Shown one piece after another: positions 14,859-23,875 of a stretch of DNA of 35,101 bases (position 1 is the first letter of the stretch; every line of letters starts with the position of its first letter). Position numbers and translations under genes: made by a program. This DNA is from a virus (Duplodnaviria; Caudoviricetes). The stretch lies in IMG/VR virus record IMGVR_UViG_3300037851_000491, positions 1 through 35,101 of that record; one strand, written 5' to 3'. The notes beneath the pieces were generated by a model that saw only the letters and a list, made by a program, of their open reading frames with translations, was not told the origin of the DNA and made no database searches.

Positions 14859-15433
14859 CGGCGGGAGATCTGGTCGACCGTGGCGCTGATATCAGCAAGG
14901 ATCGCTGGTGCATCGCGCCAGGGCTTGCCGGTCACGGTCATATACCGGCCGGTCGCGTAGAACTCCACGCCCTTGCTAACCATGGCGGGCTGACGCGAGG
15001 CGCGCCCCCAGATATGCAGACCGGTGCCTGAAGGCGAGACTTCCACGTAGGTCTTCGGCAGAAACGCCATGATGCACGCGGCCGCCGGCGAGAGGACGCC
15101 CACCTCGTTGATGCAGTGGTCCAGGTCGATGCACACGATCCCATCGCCATTGAGGGCAAAGCCGAGCCCGTCACCCACGCGCGAGGCGGAGGCCTCGGTG
15201 TATGTGGTCCAAGTGGTCGCGTCGGTAGAGCTGGCAGGCTGGCCCTTCGTGGTGACCGGACGCTTCGCAGCGTGACGCAGCCAGCGGCTCGCCGCCCGGA
15301 GCTCAGCGGGGATGGGAGACGCCGGCACCTTCGCCCGGTGATGCGCGACTCGGCACCGACCAGAGCAGAACTGCGCGTCGGCACGGGCATCCCAGGGAAG
15401 CGGCTGGTGGCAGTGAGTGCAGGTGCGGTCCAT
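14855..15433 (-). CDS. Zn-finger plus prim-pol (AEP-superfamily primase/polymerase) domain protein, no helicase
   Basis: CTHC...FCSGRCR finger; IPAEL...W, GIVCIDLDHC (DxD), TYVEVSPSGTGLHIW (SxxGxH), GVEFY..GRYMTVTG. Confidence 0.88.
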   Translation of the reverse strand: MDRTCTHCHQPLPWDARADAQFCSGRCRVAHHRAKVPASPIPAELRAASRWLRHAAKRPVTTKGQPASSTDATTWTTYTEASASRVGDGLGFALNGDGIVCIDLDHCINEVGVLSPAAACIMAFLPKTYVEVSPSGTGLHIWGRASRQPAMVSKGVEFYATGRYMTVTGKPWRDAPAILADISATVDQISRR

Positions 15434-15439
15434 ACCCAC

Positions 15440-15468
15440 AGTATCTCATGTAACGGCTACGGGCGCAA
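15440..15468 (-). promoter_or_regulatory. Candidate promoter for a leaderless prim-pol mRNA
   Basis: Minus strand TTGCGC-N17-GATACT with extended TG, 6 nt before ATG; no SD. Confidence 0.45.
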
Positions 15469-15495
15469 TAGCAGGGCAAACCGAACGGCGCTGAC

Positions 15496-15527
15496 TTATC
15501 CACAGGGTTATCCACACTCTTTCCACA
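15496..15527 (+). promoter_or_regulatory. Cluster of three same-orientation DnaA boxes
   Basis: TTATCCACA 15496-15504, TTATCCACA 15508-15516, CTTTCCACA 15519-15527. Confidence 0.8.
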
Positions 15528-15569
15528 GGTCACAGAAGTGAACGATGTACGGATAGTGCCGATATGCAG

Positions 15570-15670
15570 GCATTCTCCGCGAGGGGGGGATGCGGCCGAT
15601 TTTGAAGGCCGCCGCAGACCCGCGCTTAGCCATCCACGTAAATTGTCGAAACTCGGTCCGCGTTTTTTGG
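15570..15670. other. Probable cos/packaging-initiation region
   Basis: Non-coding, directly upstream of terS, G7 run at 15583-15589; position typical of HNH-terS cos phages; exact ends not determinable. Confidence 0.4.
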
Positions 15671-15683
15671 GAGGTGACCGTCC

Positions 15684-16223
15684 ATGTCTGCACGCACTGG
15701 GCGCCCGCCCAAGAGCACGGAGCAACACCAGGCGGAAGGCACCCTCCGGGGCGATCGCCACGCCACCACCCCGCTGATTGCCGGCGACCGCAGGGACCCG
15801 GAACCCGGGCCCTACCTCACCGAGGACCAGGCGGTCCACTTCCGCCGGATCGTCGCGGAGCTTTCCGGCAGCCGGCTGCTCGACTCGGCCGACCGCGGCA
15901 TGATCGAGCTGGCCGCCATCGAGCTCGACGTCCTTGAGCGCTGCAACCGCCATCTCAAGCGCGGGCTGATGGTCAACCGCAAGCACGGCGGCTACAACGG
16001 AGGGCCGACGCACACCACCAAGGAGCTGTCCCCCTACTACCGGGCTCGCGAGGAGGCGATCGGGAAACTCCGCTACCTCTACGGCGAGCTCGGCATCGGG
16101 CCGCTGTCCCGGGCGGCGCTCGCCAACCGCGGCATCAAAGGCAAGGGGCCGGCGAGGGCCCTCGCCGGCGTGGGGGAGAAACCGACGCCACTGCGCGTGG
16201 TCAACGGTAGCGGAGGCGAGTAG
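15684..16223 (+). CDS. terS: Terminase small subunit (P27 family)
   Basis: GRPPKSTEQH..EGT.R.DRH; ELGIGPLSRA; GGAGGTG RBS. Confidence 0.9.
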   Translation: MSARTGRPPKSTEQHQAEGTLRGDRHATTPLIAGDRRDPEPGPYLTEDQAVHFRRIVAELSGSRLLDSADRGMIELAAIELDVLERCNRHLKRGLMVNRKHGGYNGGPTHTTKELSPYYRAREEAIGKLRYLYGELGIGPLSRAALANRGIKGKGPARALAGVGEKPTPLRVVNGSGGE

Positions 16224-16225
16224 GG

Positions 16226-17734
16226 ATGCCCGCCGCGGCGGGTACCCTCGGCCCATCGGTTGCCCGGTTCTTCGAGGGGAACCTCCGTCTTCCTGAAGGC
16301 GAGCGCCAAGGGGAGCCCTTCGTGCTCGAAGACTGGCAGCGCGAAGACACTGACATCATCTACGAAACCGACGCCGCTGGTCGCTTCCTCTGGAAGGTCG
16401 TCGTCTACGGTCTTCCTCGCGGATCAGGCAAGAGCCCGCTCACCGCCGGCTACGCCAACCACGCGCTGGTTAACGGCTCCGGATCCCCGCAGATCTGGTG
16501 CGCGGCGGCAGCAAAGAAGCAGGCCGGCATCGTCCACATGCACGCAAGCAAGGAAGCCCAGGACGGCCCGCTGGAGGACTTCCTGGAGTTCCCCCGAGTG
16601 CGGGAGGCCCTGGGCCCCATCAAGTGCCCGCACAACGACGGCATCCTTCGCGTGGTCTCCGCGGACGGCGACCTGCAGCAGGGACTCAACCCCTACTTCG
16701 TGTCGGTCGATGAGCTGCACACGTTCAGGACCGGCAAGCAGGTGGGTCTCTTCTCGGCCTTCCTGACGGCCATGCACAAGCGCCTCGACTCCCGGATGCT
16801 GGTCATTACCACCGCCGGGGCGTCGAAAGACTCACTCCTCGGCGAGCTGGTGGACGCCATCATCGAGGCTGGCGAGATGGAGATCTCACGCCACGGCTGC
16901 AAGATCGTGGTCCGCGACTATGAGGCCCAGCGCCTTCTCATCTGGTACGGGGCCCCGGAGAACGCCGACATCCGTGACCCGAAGGTCTGGCGCGCGTGCA
17001 ACCCTGCCTCGTGGATCTCCGACGCCGCTCTTCTGTGGGCGGCGCACAACAACCCCGAGTCGGAGTTCCGCCGCTACTACCTGAACCAATGGGTGAAGGG
17101 TGAGGACGCGGCCATACAGCCGGCGGTCTGGGATGCCTGCAGAGGTCCCGAGAAGATCCCGGCCGGCTCGGACATCTGGGTGGGTGTGGATATCGGCGAG
17201 AAACGCGACACCAGCGCGGTCGACTGGATCGCCGAGACGATGCGCGGGGGAGAGCTGGCCCTGATCGTTCGCGCCTCGGTGTTCACGGCGAAGCGGATCT
17301 CCGGCATGGAGACCACGCTGCCCCGGGTGGAGGCGCACCTGCGCTGGCTCCGCGACAACTTCAACCTGCGCGGCGTGTACTTCGACAAGTGGCAGATGCG
17401 CGACATGGCTATCAGGCTCGCCGACGAGGGCTTCCCCATGGTGGAGTTCAGCCAGAGAAACGAGTCGATGGTACCGGCCTCTCAGCTGACATTCGACCTG
17501 ATCGCGAACCGCCGCCTCATCCACAGCGGAGACAAGGTGCTTCGGGCCCACGTGCTCGGCACCGGCGGCGAGATAACGGCGACTGGCGGCTGGCGCTTCA
17601 CGAAGGCCAAGACCAAGACCGGTAGCCGCGACCAGCGCAAGCAGAACGATGCCTGTATCGCCCTGGCGATGGCCGCGGGTGGATGGCGATCCGACCAACA
17701 TACCGGAGGTGATCCGTGGAGCGACACATGGTGA
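16226..17734 (+). CDS. terL: Terminase large subunit
   Basis: LEDWQ, Walker A PRGSGKS, Walker B VSVDELH, ITTAG, GVDIGEKRDTSA, NDACIALAMA. Confidence 0.97.
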   Translation: MPAAAGTLGPSVARFFEGNLRLPEGERQGEPFVLEDWQREDTDIIYETDAAGRFLWKVVVYGLPRGSGKSPLTAGYANHALVNGSGSPQIWCAAAAKKQAGIVHMHASKEAQDGPLEDFLEFPRVREALGPIKCPHNDGILRVVSADGDLQQGLNPYFVSVDELHTFRTGKQVGLFSAFLTAMHKRLDSRMLVITTAGASKDSLLGELVDAIIEAGEMEISRHGCKIVVRDYEAQRLLIWYGAPENADIRDPKVWRACNPASWISDAALLWAAHNNPESEFRRYYLNQWVKGEDAAIQPAVWDACRGPEKIPAGSDIWVGVDIGEKRDTSAVDWIAETMRGGELALIVRASVFTAKRISGMETTLPRVEAHLRWLRDNFNLRGVYFDKWQMRDMAIRLADEGFPMVEFSQRNESMVPASQLTFDLIANRRLIHSGDKVLRAHVLGTGGEITATGGWRFTKAKTKTGSRDQRKQNDACIALAMAAGGWRSDQHTGGDPWSDTW

Positions 17735-17898
17735 GAGCCGCGGCCGCCAGGCACGCGGAGGACATCGCGATCGGCGCCGGCGCCCTGCTCCTGGCCGGCG
17801 GTCTCGGATGGCGCATCGGATGGTGGGCAGCGCTCACAGCCCTCGGAGCGATCGCGCTGGCGATCGGCGTATGGCTAGGCAGCAAGGGAGGCAGCTGA
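17728..17898 (+). CDS. Small membrane protein between terL and portal
   Basis: Two hydrophobic helices; TGATG coupling to portal. Confidence 0.7.
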   Translation: MVRAAAARHAEDIAIGAGALLLAGGLGWRIGWWAALTALGAIALAIGVWLGSKGGS

Positions 17899-19169
17899 TG
17901 GGCTTCATCGGAGACCGCGTCGGCATCCAGCGCCGCGCCAACAGCATGGTCGATATGGCCGGCCTGCTTCTCCCCGGGGGCCGCGGGGCGATGGGCACCG
18001 CCGGCATGGCCGTCACCAAACGGACGGTCGCCACGATCCCGGCCATCTACCGCGCCTGGGACTTCGCCGCTTCGAGTGTCGCCCAGCTGACCATGGGAGT
18101 ATGGCGTGGCGAGGGCGTGATCCCCGAGCGCGTCCTCACCACGAACCAGTCCAGGCTGTTCGCCGGCGTCCCCAACCCGCGGCAGAGCTGGTTCCTGCTC
18201 TGGTACATCGCGGAGATGAGCCTGGAGGCCCGGAGCAACGGCTATCTGTGGAAGACCAAGGGCCCCGGCAGCCAGGTGATCGCCCTGACCGGGCTGCACC
18301 CGGACCAGGTGTGGCCCAGCCCTGCCGAGAACGGAGACCTGCGGTACGACGTAACCTTCGACGGCTCGGTCCCCCAGCCGCCGGAGGTCCGCGGCTACGG
18401 ACAGATCACTGTCGGCGCGGAGACCATCATCCACATTCGCGGCGCCGGCACCATCGGTGAACTGATAGCGCCCACCCCGATCGAGCGCTTCCGGACGTCC
18501 CTGGGTACCGCCCTGGCCAAACAGAACTACGAGGCCAACCTGTACGAGAACGGCGTGCTCGGAGGCCTGGGCGTCGCCTTCCCGAAGGAGGTCACCCGGA
18601 AGCAGGCGAAGGAGTGGCGGGAGGTATTCGACACCGAGAACGCCGGCAGCTTCAACGCCGGCCGCACCAAGGTGATCGGCGGCGGCGCCGCCTTCTCGCA
18701 GATCGGGATGACGCAGAAAGACGCTCAGTTTGTCGAGGCCGGCCTGATGACCCTGCAGGACATCATGAACATCACCGGCGTCCCGGGCTGGGTCCTCTCG
18801 ATCGAGAAGGCCGAAAAGAGCCCGAGCCCCGAAGATGAGGAAGCGCGCTGGGTCCACGGCGGCCGAGAGGTCAGGCTGCGCCGGATAGAGTCCGCCCTGG
18901 CGGCCGACCCTGACATCTTCGGCCCCGGCGCTCGCGACTACCCGGCCTTTGATACCGCCGAGTCCATCCACCCGGACAGCAGGACCGCCGATGAGATCGC
19001 CCACGCGCAGATCCAGGACGGCCGGCTCCTCGTAGACGAGTGGAGGATCCCGCGCGGCATGGGCCCGCTGCCCGATGGACTGGGCATGATCCCGCAGGTA
19101 ACTCCTGTCGGCGGCGCCCCCAACCAGACGCCCAAGCCGTCCCCCAGCAGCACGAACGGAGGTGCATGA
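17898..19169 (+). CDS. HK97-family portal protein
   Basis: PAIYRA...PNPRQS...SNGY...LHPDQV...IIHIR...NAGRTKVI..G...KDAQFVE...GVP; AAGGGAGG RBS. Confidence 0.96.
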   Translation: MGFIGDRVGIQRRANSMVDMAGLLLPGGRGAMGTAGMAVTKRTVATIPAIYRAWDFAASSVAQLTMGVWRGEGVIPERVLTTNQSRLFAGVPNPRQSWFLLWYIAEMSLEARSNGYLWKTKGPGSQVIALTGLHPDQVWPSPAENGDLRYDVTFDGSVPQPPEVRGYGQITVGAETIIHIRGAGTIGELIAPTPIERFRTSLGTALAKQNYEANLYENGVLGGLGVAFPKEVTRKQAKEWREVFDTENAGSFNAGRTKVIGGGAAFSQIGMTQKDAQFVEAGLMTLQDIMNITGVPGWVLSIEKAEKSPSPEDEEARWVHGGREVRLRRIESALAADPDIFGPGARDYPAFDTAESIHPDSRTADEIAHAQIQDGRLLVDEWRIPRGMGPLPDGLGMIPQVTPVGGAPNQTPKPSPSSTNGGA

Positions 19170-19989
19170 CATGGCCGGACAAGCCAACGTCCTCGACGCC
19201 CTCGGCCTAGAGGCCATCCTCTCGATCGTGGCCGGTGAGAGCCGGACCCGCGACCGAGCTCACGCAGAGGTCACCTGGCGCGCGAGCGGAGACCCGGACA
19301 AGAAAGACGTCCGGATCCTGACCGGCTACCCCGCGGTCTTCGGCCAGAAGTACACCCTGTACGAGTCGGACAACTACAAGATCACCGAGGAGGTCGCCCC
19401 CGGCTTCTTCGATCCGGTCCTCGCGGACGATTGCCACCTGAACATCGGCCACGACCGGAACACCGCCATGTGCCGGAACAGCCCCTGCATGCCGGAGGAC
19501 AAGCGCGGCGGCCCGGGCAGCATGGACCTGAGCGTCGACGCCCACGGACTGCGGGTCCACGCTCAGGTGCCGATGGACGATCTCGACGCCCAGCGCCTGG
19601 CCCCGAAGATGGACCACGGCGTCATGGACCAGATGAGCTACGCCTTCACCGTGGCAGAGGAAGACCGGCTGGAAACCCGCGAGGAGGGCACCGGCCGCTA
19701 CCTGGTCCACTACACCCTGAAGAAGGCCCGCAGCCTGATGGACGTCTGCGTCTGCCCCCTGGGCGCCAATTCGCAGACGGAGGTCGCGCTCCGGACATTC
19801 GCAAGCCAGCTGGCAGGTCGCTCGCAAGAGGGCCTCGCCGGCGAGCTCGGTCGCTCCACCCCGGAGGGCCCGGCGGCAGAGGAAGGTCGCTCCACCCCGG
19901 AGGGCCCGACCGCAAAGGAGCGGCGCGCCGCCTTGTATGACGAGGCCGTCACCGCGCTGCAACAATTCACACCACGCACCGAGGAGTAG
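19162..19989 (+). CDS. HK97-family prohead protease (start 19162 or 19171)
   Basis: LTGYPAVF...EEVAPGFF...NIGHD...VDAHGL...MDQMSYAF. Confidence 0.93.
   Translation: MHDMAGQANVLDALGLEAILSIVAGESRTRDRAHAEVTWRASGDPDKKDVRILTGYPAVFGQKYTLYESDNYKITEEVAPGFFDPVLADDCHLNIGHDRNTAMCRNSPCMPEDKRGGPGSMDLSVDAHGLRVHAQVPMDDLDAQRLAPKMDHGVMDQMSYAFTVAEEDRLETREEGTGRYLVHYTLKKARSLMDVCVCPLGANSQTEVALRTFASQLAGRSQEGLAGELGRSTPEGPAAEEGRSTPEGPTAKERRAALYDEAVTALQQFTPRTEE
19816..19920 (+). repeat. Three 33-36-bp coding repeats in protease C-terminus
   Basis: GGTCGCTCCACCCCGGAGGGCCCG at 19849 and 19885, degenerate copy at 19816. Confidence 0.85.
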
Positions 19990-19992
19990 AAG

Positions 19993-21294
19993 ATGGACGA
20001 ACGCATCCGTCAGTACAACGCCGCCGGCAGGGCCCTCGCTGACGCGGCCAACGCCCTGCGCACCGCCCCCGATGAAGGCCTCGCTCAGGCCGAGGCGGAC
20101 TTCCGCAACGCCCAGGCAGAATTCGAGCGCTGCAAGAAGAACCTGGAACTGGCCGAGGAGGCCCGCGGCGCGGCCACCTTCGCGCCCAAGCCGGTCGACA
20201 ACCCGAACCTGATCGGGATGGACCAGAAAGAGGTCCGCGCCTACTCGGTCGTCCGCGCTATCCGCGCCGTCGCCTTGAACGACTGGAAGGGCGCCGAGCT
20301 CGAGCGCGACGCCTCCCAGGAGATCGCCAAGCGGGTGGGCAAAGAGCCGCAGGGCTTCTTCGTGCCCTACGACGTCCAGGTCGAGACCCGCGCCGGCATG
20401 GACACCGCCACCACCGGGGCCGGCAAGGAGATGGTCGCGACCGAGCTTCTCGCGGGCAGCTTCATCAGCATGCTCCGCAAGCGGATGGCCCTCCGCCGCG
20501 CCGGCGCCACCTACCTGACCGGCCTGACCGGCAACATCGCGATCCCGCGGCAGACCGGGAGCGGCACCTTCTACTGGATCGACGCGACCACCAACACGGA
20601 GATCACCGGCGAGAGCCACCCGGCCGTCGACCAGGTCACCATGACGCCCAAGACGGGCGCCGCCTACAGCCAGGTCGGCCGGACCCTCATCATGCAGGCC
20701 AGCCCGGATGTGGAGAACTTGGTCCGCATTGACCTCGCCACGATCGCGGCCCTGGGCGTCGACGCCGCCGGTCTCTACGGCACCGGCACCGACCAGCAGC
20801 CGAAGGGCATCGCCCTGCAGACCGGCGTGAACGTGGTCGCGCTCGGTACCGACGGCGCGGCGCCGACCTGGGCGAAGATCGTCCAGATGGAGACCGAAGT
20901 GGCCGCGGACGATGCCGACGTGGAATCGATGGCCTACCTGGTCAACGCTCGGACGCGCGGCTTCCTCAAGAGCACCCCGAAGGTGGCCACCTACAGCGCC
21001 GAGATGATGTGGGACACCCGCAGCCCGGACACCCCGCTGAATGGGTACCCTGCGGTGGTCTCCAACCAGGTTCGGAACAACCTCACCAAGGCCAGCGGAA
21101 CCGGCCTGTCCGAGCTGTTCTTCGGCAACTTCGCCGACTGCCTCATTGGCCAGTGGGGGACGCTGGACATCTTCGCGGACCCCTACAGCGACAGCAAGAA
21201 GGGGATCATCAACCTGATCGTCTTCCAGGACGTCGACGTGGCCGTCCGCCACGGCGAGAGCTTCAGCCGCATCGCGGACGCGGTGGTCTCGTAG
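19993..21294 (+). CDS. HK97-fold major capsid protein with N-terminal delta domain
   Basis: Coiled-coil N-terminus; IPRQTG; GTGTDQQPKGI; LNGYPAVVSNQV; FFGNFAD; DVAVRHGESF. Confidence 0.97.
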   Translation: MDERIRQYNAAGRALADAANALRTAPDEGLAQAEADFRNAQAEFERCKKNLELAEEARGAATFAPKPVDNPNLIGMDQKEVRAYSVVRAIRAVALNDWKGAELERDASQEIAKRVGKEPQGFFVPYDVQVETRAGMDTATTGAGKEMVATELLAGSFISMLRKRMALRRAGATYLTGLTGNIAIPRQTGSGTFYWIDATTNTEITGESHPAVDQVTMTPKTGAAYSQVGRTLIMQASPDVENLVRIDLATIAALGVDAAGLYGTGTDQQPKGIALQTGVNVVALGTDGAAPTWAKIVQMETEVAADDADVESMAYLVNARTRGFLKSTPKVATYSAEMMWDTRSPDTPLNGYPAVVSNQVRNNLTKASGTGLSELFFGNFADCLIGQWGTLDIFADPYSDSKKGIINLIVFQDVDVAVRHGESFSRIADAVVS

Positions 21295-21330
21295 GCCGAG
21301 GCCCCCAACCCTTGAAGGCCCGCAGCAACG

Positions 21331-21367
21331 AGCCGGTCCGTCTGCCACAGGCGGACCGGCCATCTTT
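21331..21367 (+). terminator. Hairpin after capsid gene (terminator or mRNA stabiliser)
   Basis: GCCGGTCCGTCT/AGGCGGACCGGC stem with weak CATCTTT tail. Confidence 0.55.
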
Positions 21368-21382
21368 CCCAAAGGAGGGAGC

Positions 21383-21673
21383 GTGAAAGCCATCACCCTC
21401 ACCCGCGACCAGGTGGTCGGCGGAGAGGACCATTTCACCGGCGAAACGGTAGAGGCTTCCGACAAGGATGCCGCTTACCTGGTCAACCGCGGCCGCGCCA
21501 TTCCGGCCGAAGCCGAACCGGAACCCGAGCCGGGACCGGAAGCCGCGGCGGATCCGGCTCCGGACCCGGAGGCCGACGTCTACGAACCCGAACCCGAGCC
21601 CGAGCCCGAAGCCGAACCGGAACCCGAGCCGGGGCCGGAAGCGAAGCCGAAGGCAAAGAGCGCTGGCAAGTAG
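21383..21673 (+). CDS. Small post-capsid protein with Pro-Glu repeat tail
   Basis: ITLTRDQVVGGEDHFTGETVEASDKDAAYLVNRGRA plus (EP)n; AAGGAGG RBS. Confidence 0.85.
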   Translation: MKAITLTRDQVVGGEDHFTGETVEASDKDAAYLVNRGRAIPAEAEPEPEPGPEAAADPAPDPEADVYEPEPEPEPEAEPEPEPGPEAKPKAKSAGK

Positions 21674-21747
21674 ACCGGCAGACAACAGCACCGCCGATGC
21701 AGGGCGCCTCCGGGCGCCCTGCCACATTTCGGGAGGAGGGGTGAGCC

Positions 21748-21984
21748 ATGCCCGCCATCTACCTGACTCGTTCGGTCGTGGTCAACGGAGAGCCGCATGC
21801 AGCTGGCGATGTCGTCAGCACCAGCGAGGCAGACGCCCTCTACCTGGTGCGCGGAGGCCGCGCTCGCTGGGCAACGGCCGACGACCTGCGACGGGCGCCA
21901 AACCCTCGCCCGGCCGCGGAGGTGCGCCGGCTCCTGCAGGCCGAAGCGACGAAGGGCGGCCCGAGGCCGCAGCGCCGTGGATGA
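21748..21984 (+). CDS. Small post-capsid protein, paralog of 21383
   Basis: IYLTRSVVVNGEPHAAGDVVSTSEADALYLVRGGRA; GGAGG RBS. Confidence 0.8.
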   Translation: MPAIYLTRSVVVNGEPHAAGDVVSTSEADALYLVRGGRARWATADDLRRAPNPRPAAEVRRLLQAEATKGGPRPQRRG

Positions 21985-22072
21985 TGTTCTGGTAGGCCGC
22001 AGGCTCGAGGCGCCCGCCCTGGCGCCTGGACCCTGCCGCTGCGCCACCCGCTCGTAGACCAAGGAGGGCCCC

Positions 22073-22717
22073 ATGCCTGACCTTTGCACCCTCGCCGAGG
22101 TGAAAGCCCGCGGCAGTATCACCGGGACGGACCGCGACGCCCTGATCGCCACGCTCATCTCGGAGGCCACCCGCCGCCTCTGCCGGGCGACCGGCCGCGA
22201 GTTCATGCCGCAGGCCACCGCCACGCGCCGCTTCGACGTGAACCCTCTGGCGTGCGACCCGCGCCGCCTCTACTACCCTGTGCCCCTGCCGCAGTGCGAC
22301 CTGCGCACGGCCACCACCGTCACCCTGCACCCGGAGAGCGTGAGCGAGGCCCAGGTGCTCGCCGCCGGCACCGACTACGAGCTGGACACGGACCGGGACA
22401 CCGCGAGCGCGGGCCTGATTCGCCTGTCCGGCCGGCTCAGCATGGGCTCCACCAGGGCGGCCAACTTCGGCCTGGTGGGCCTGGAGATCGTCGGCGCCTG
22501 GGGAATATGGGCGGACGCCTCCGCCGTGGCCGCGGAGGTCAAGGCGGCCGCGGAGATCTACGTGCTCGCCGGCATCGACAAAGCGGTCGCTGACGGGCTC
22601 GGCGTGGCCGATCTCGCGAGCGGCGCCGGCATGGCGCAGTTCTCCCGGTCCTGGGATATCCCCTGGGAGGCCTGGCTCAAGGTCCGAGACTACAGCCGCG
22701 AGCTGGGGGTGTCGTGA
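22073..22717 (+). CDS. Head-tail connector/adaptor (HK97 gp6/SPP1 gp15-like)
   Basis: DLCTLAEVK...RDALIATLISEAT...TGREF; position after capsid. Confidence 0.85.
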   Translation: MPDLCTLAEVKARGSITGTDRDALIATLISEATRRLCRATGREFMPQATATRRFDVNPLACDPRRLYYPVPLPQCDLRTATTVTLHPESVSEAQVLAAGTDYELDTDRDTASAGLIRLSGRLSMGSTRAANFGLVGLEIVGAWGIWADASAVAAEVKAAAEIYVLAGIDKAVADGLGVADLASGAGMAQFSRSWDIPWEAWLKVRDYSRELGVS

Positions 22718-23208
22718 TGTTTTCCTCGAGCGTGCCCGCCCTGAAGGCGGCCCTCATGACCCGCATCGAGGCGGCCCTGGCTACGGCCGGAAAGACCGCC
22801 CTGGTATCGCGCGGGAATCCCTACCCGAAGGCCTGGGCCGGGCAGACCGTGATAATCGGCAAGGCCACGATCGACCCGCCGGTCCGCGTGGTCGGCATGA
22901 CCCAGGAGAACGAATACTGCGACGTTGAGGTGTTCATCAACGCCGCCGGCAACGCCCAGGACGCCTACAGCGTATTCGAGGACCGGGCCTACGCGCTGCG
23001 CGACGTGATCGAAAGCGACCTGCGCGACTGGACCATGGCCCCGGAAACCCTGCCCGCCGGCTCCTGGGGACAGGTCCTCTCCGTGCTGGCCTTCGGCGGC
23101 AGCGACCAGGAGGGCATCGAGACTGACAAGAACGGCGCGCCCCGGAGCCGCGATTGCACCGTGACCCTGACCGTGCGCGTCCAGGCCCGGAAGGTGAGCT
23201 ATGGGTAG
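22714..23208 (+). CDS. Neck protein, probable tail terminator
   Basis: Size, position, N-terminal helix and C-terminal strand TVTLTVRVQAR. Confidence 0.65.
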   Translation: MMFSSSVPALKAALMTRIEAALATAGKTALVSRGNPYPKAWAGQTVIIGKATIDPPVRVVGMTQENEYCDVEVFINAAGNAQDAYSVFEDRAYALRDVIESDLRDWTMAPETLPAGSWGQVLSVLAFGGSDQEGIETDKNGAPRSRDCTVTLTVRVQARKVSYG

Positions 23209-23680
23209 AAAGCGAGCCCCGGGCCGTACCTCAGGCATGGCCGAGTTCGATATCAGCTACGTCCTGGACGAGAGCCAGGTCCGGGCCCTCAAGCGCGCCA
23301 TCTCGAGCGCCGACGCGGCTGCCCGCCGCGAGCTTCGCGCCGTCACCAAGGAGGCCGGCACGATCGTCCAGAAGGAGATTCAGAGCCGGACGCCGATCTA
23401 CGCCGGCGGCAGGGACAAGTACCACAGGCCCCGCCAGCTGCTCAAGGCGACCAAGCTGAAGGTCGGCCGCCTCTCCGTGGCCGTCTACAACGACGCCAAG
23501 TCGGCCCCGACCCGCCGCTACCCGGGCGGCTACCGATACGGGAAGCGCATAGAGTTTGACCCCTCCTTCGGCGACTTCGCCTTTTTCTATCCGGGCTGGG
23601 CGGCCGCCAAGGACCGGGCCCGGGAGGCCTTCGACAAGGTCCTCAAGACCGCCTATGACACCTTCATCCGAGGAGGCTGA
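23201..23680 (+). CDS. HK97 gp10-like neck protein (alternative start 23237)
   Basis: Basic helical protein, QSRTP...IEF...FFYPG. Confidence 0.7.
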   Translation: MGRKRAPGRTSGMAEFDISYVLDESQVRALKRAISSADAAARRELRAVTKEAGTIVQKEIQSRTPIYAGGRDKYHRPRQLLKATKLKVGRLSVAVYNDAKSAPTRRYPGGYRYGKRIEFDPSFGDFAFFYPGWAAAKDRAREAFDKVLKTAYDTFIRGG

Positions 23681-23684
23681 GCAC

Positions 23685-23873
23685 ATGAGCAAGCACCGGA
23701 GCATATCCGAGGAGCTGGGCATCGACCCGGCCCAGGGAGTCGATGAGCTGCTCGCCCAAGCCGGCGAGCTGATCGTGGCCGGCCGCCTCGTGGTCGCGCC
23801 CAAGCACAGGGTCCCCGCCGAGCCGGCCGCCGAGCCGGCCGCTGAAACCGCACCGACCGAAAGAGGTGAGTAG
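23685..23873 (+). CDS. Hypothetical small protein before tail tube
   Basis: GAGGAGG RBS, fills the gap. Confidence 0.6.
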   Translation: MSKHRSISEELGIDPAQGVDELLAQAGELIVAGRLVVAPKHRVPAEPAAEPAAETAPTERGE

Positions 23874-23875
23874 CC

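Noticed and set aside
17706-17716. GGAGGTGATCC as a second orphan anti-SD element
   Set aside because: Explained as terL coding sequence and likely RBS for the small membrane gene; lacks the flanking hairpins
19207-21465. 752-aa minus-strand ORF, and similar ones at 17598-19217, 26010-27518, 28102-30333, 32570-34090, 9225-10376, 10346-11662
   Set aside because: Antisense shadows of clear plus-strand genes caused by high-GC codon bias; no motifs
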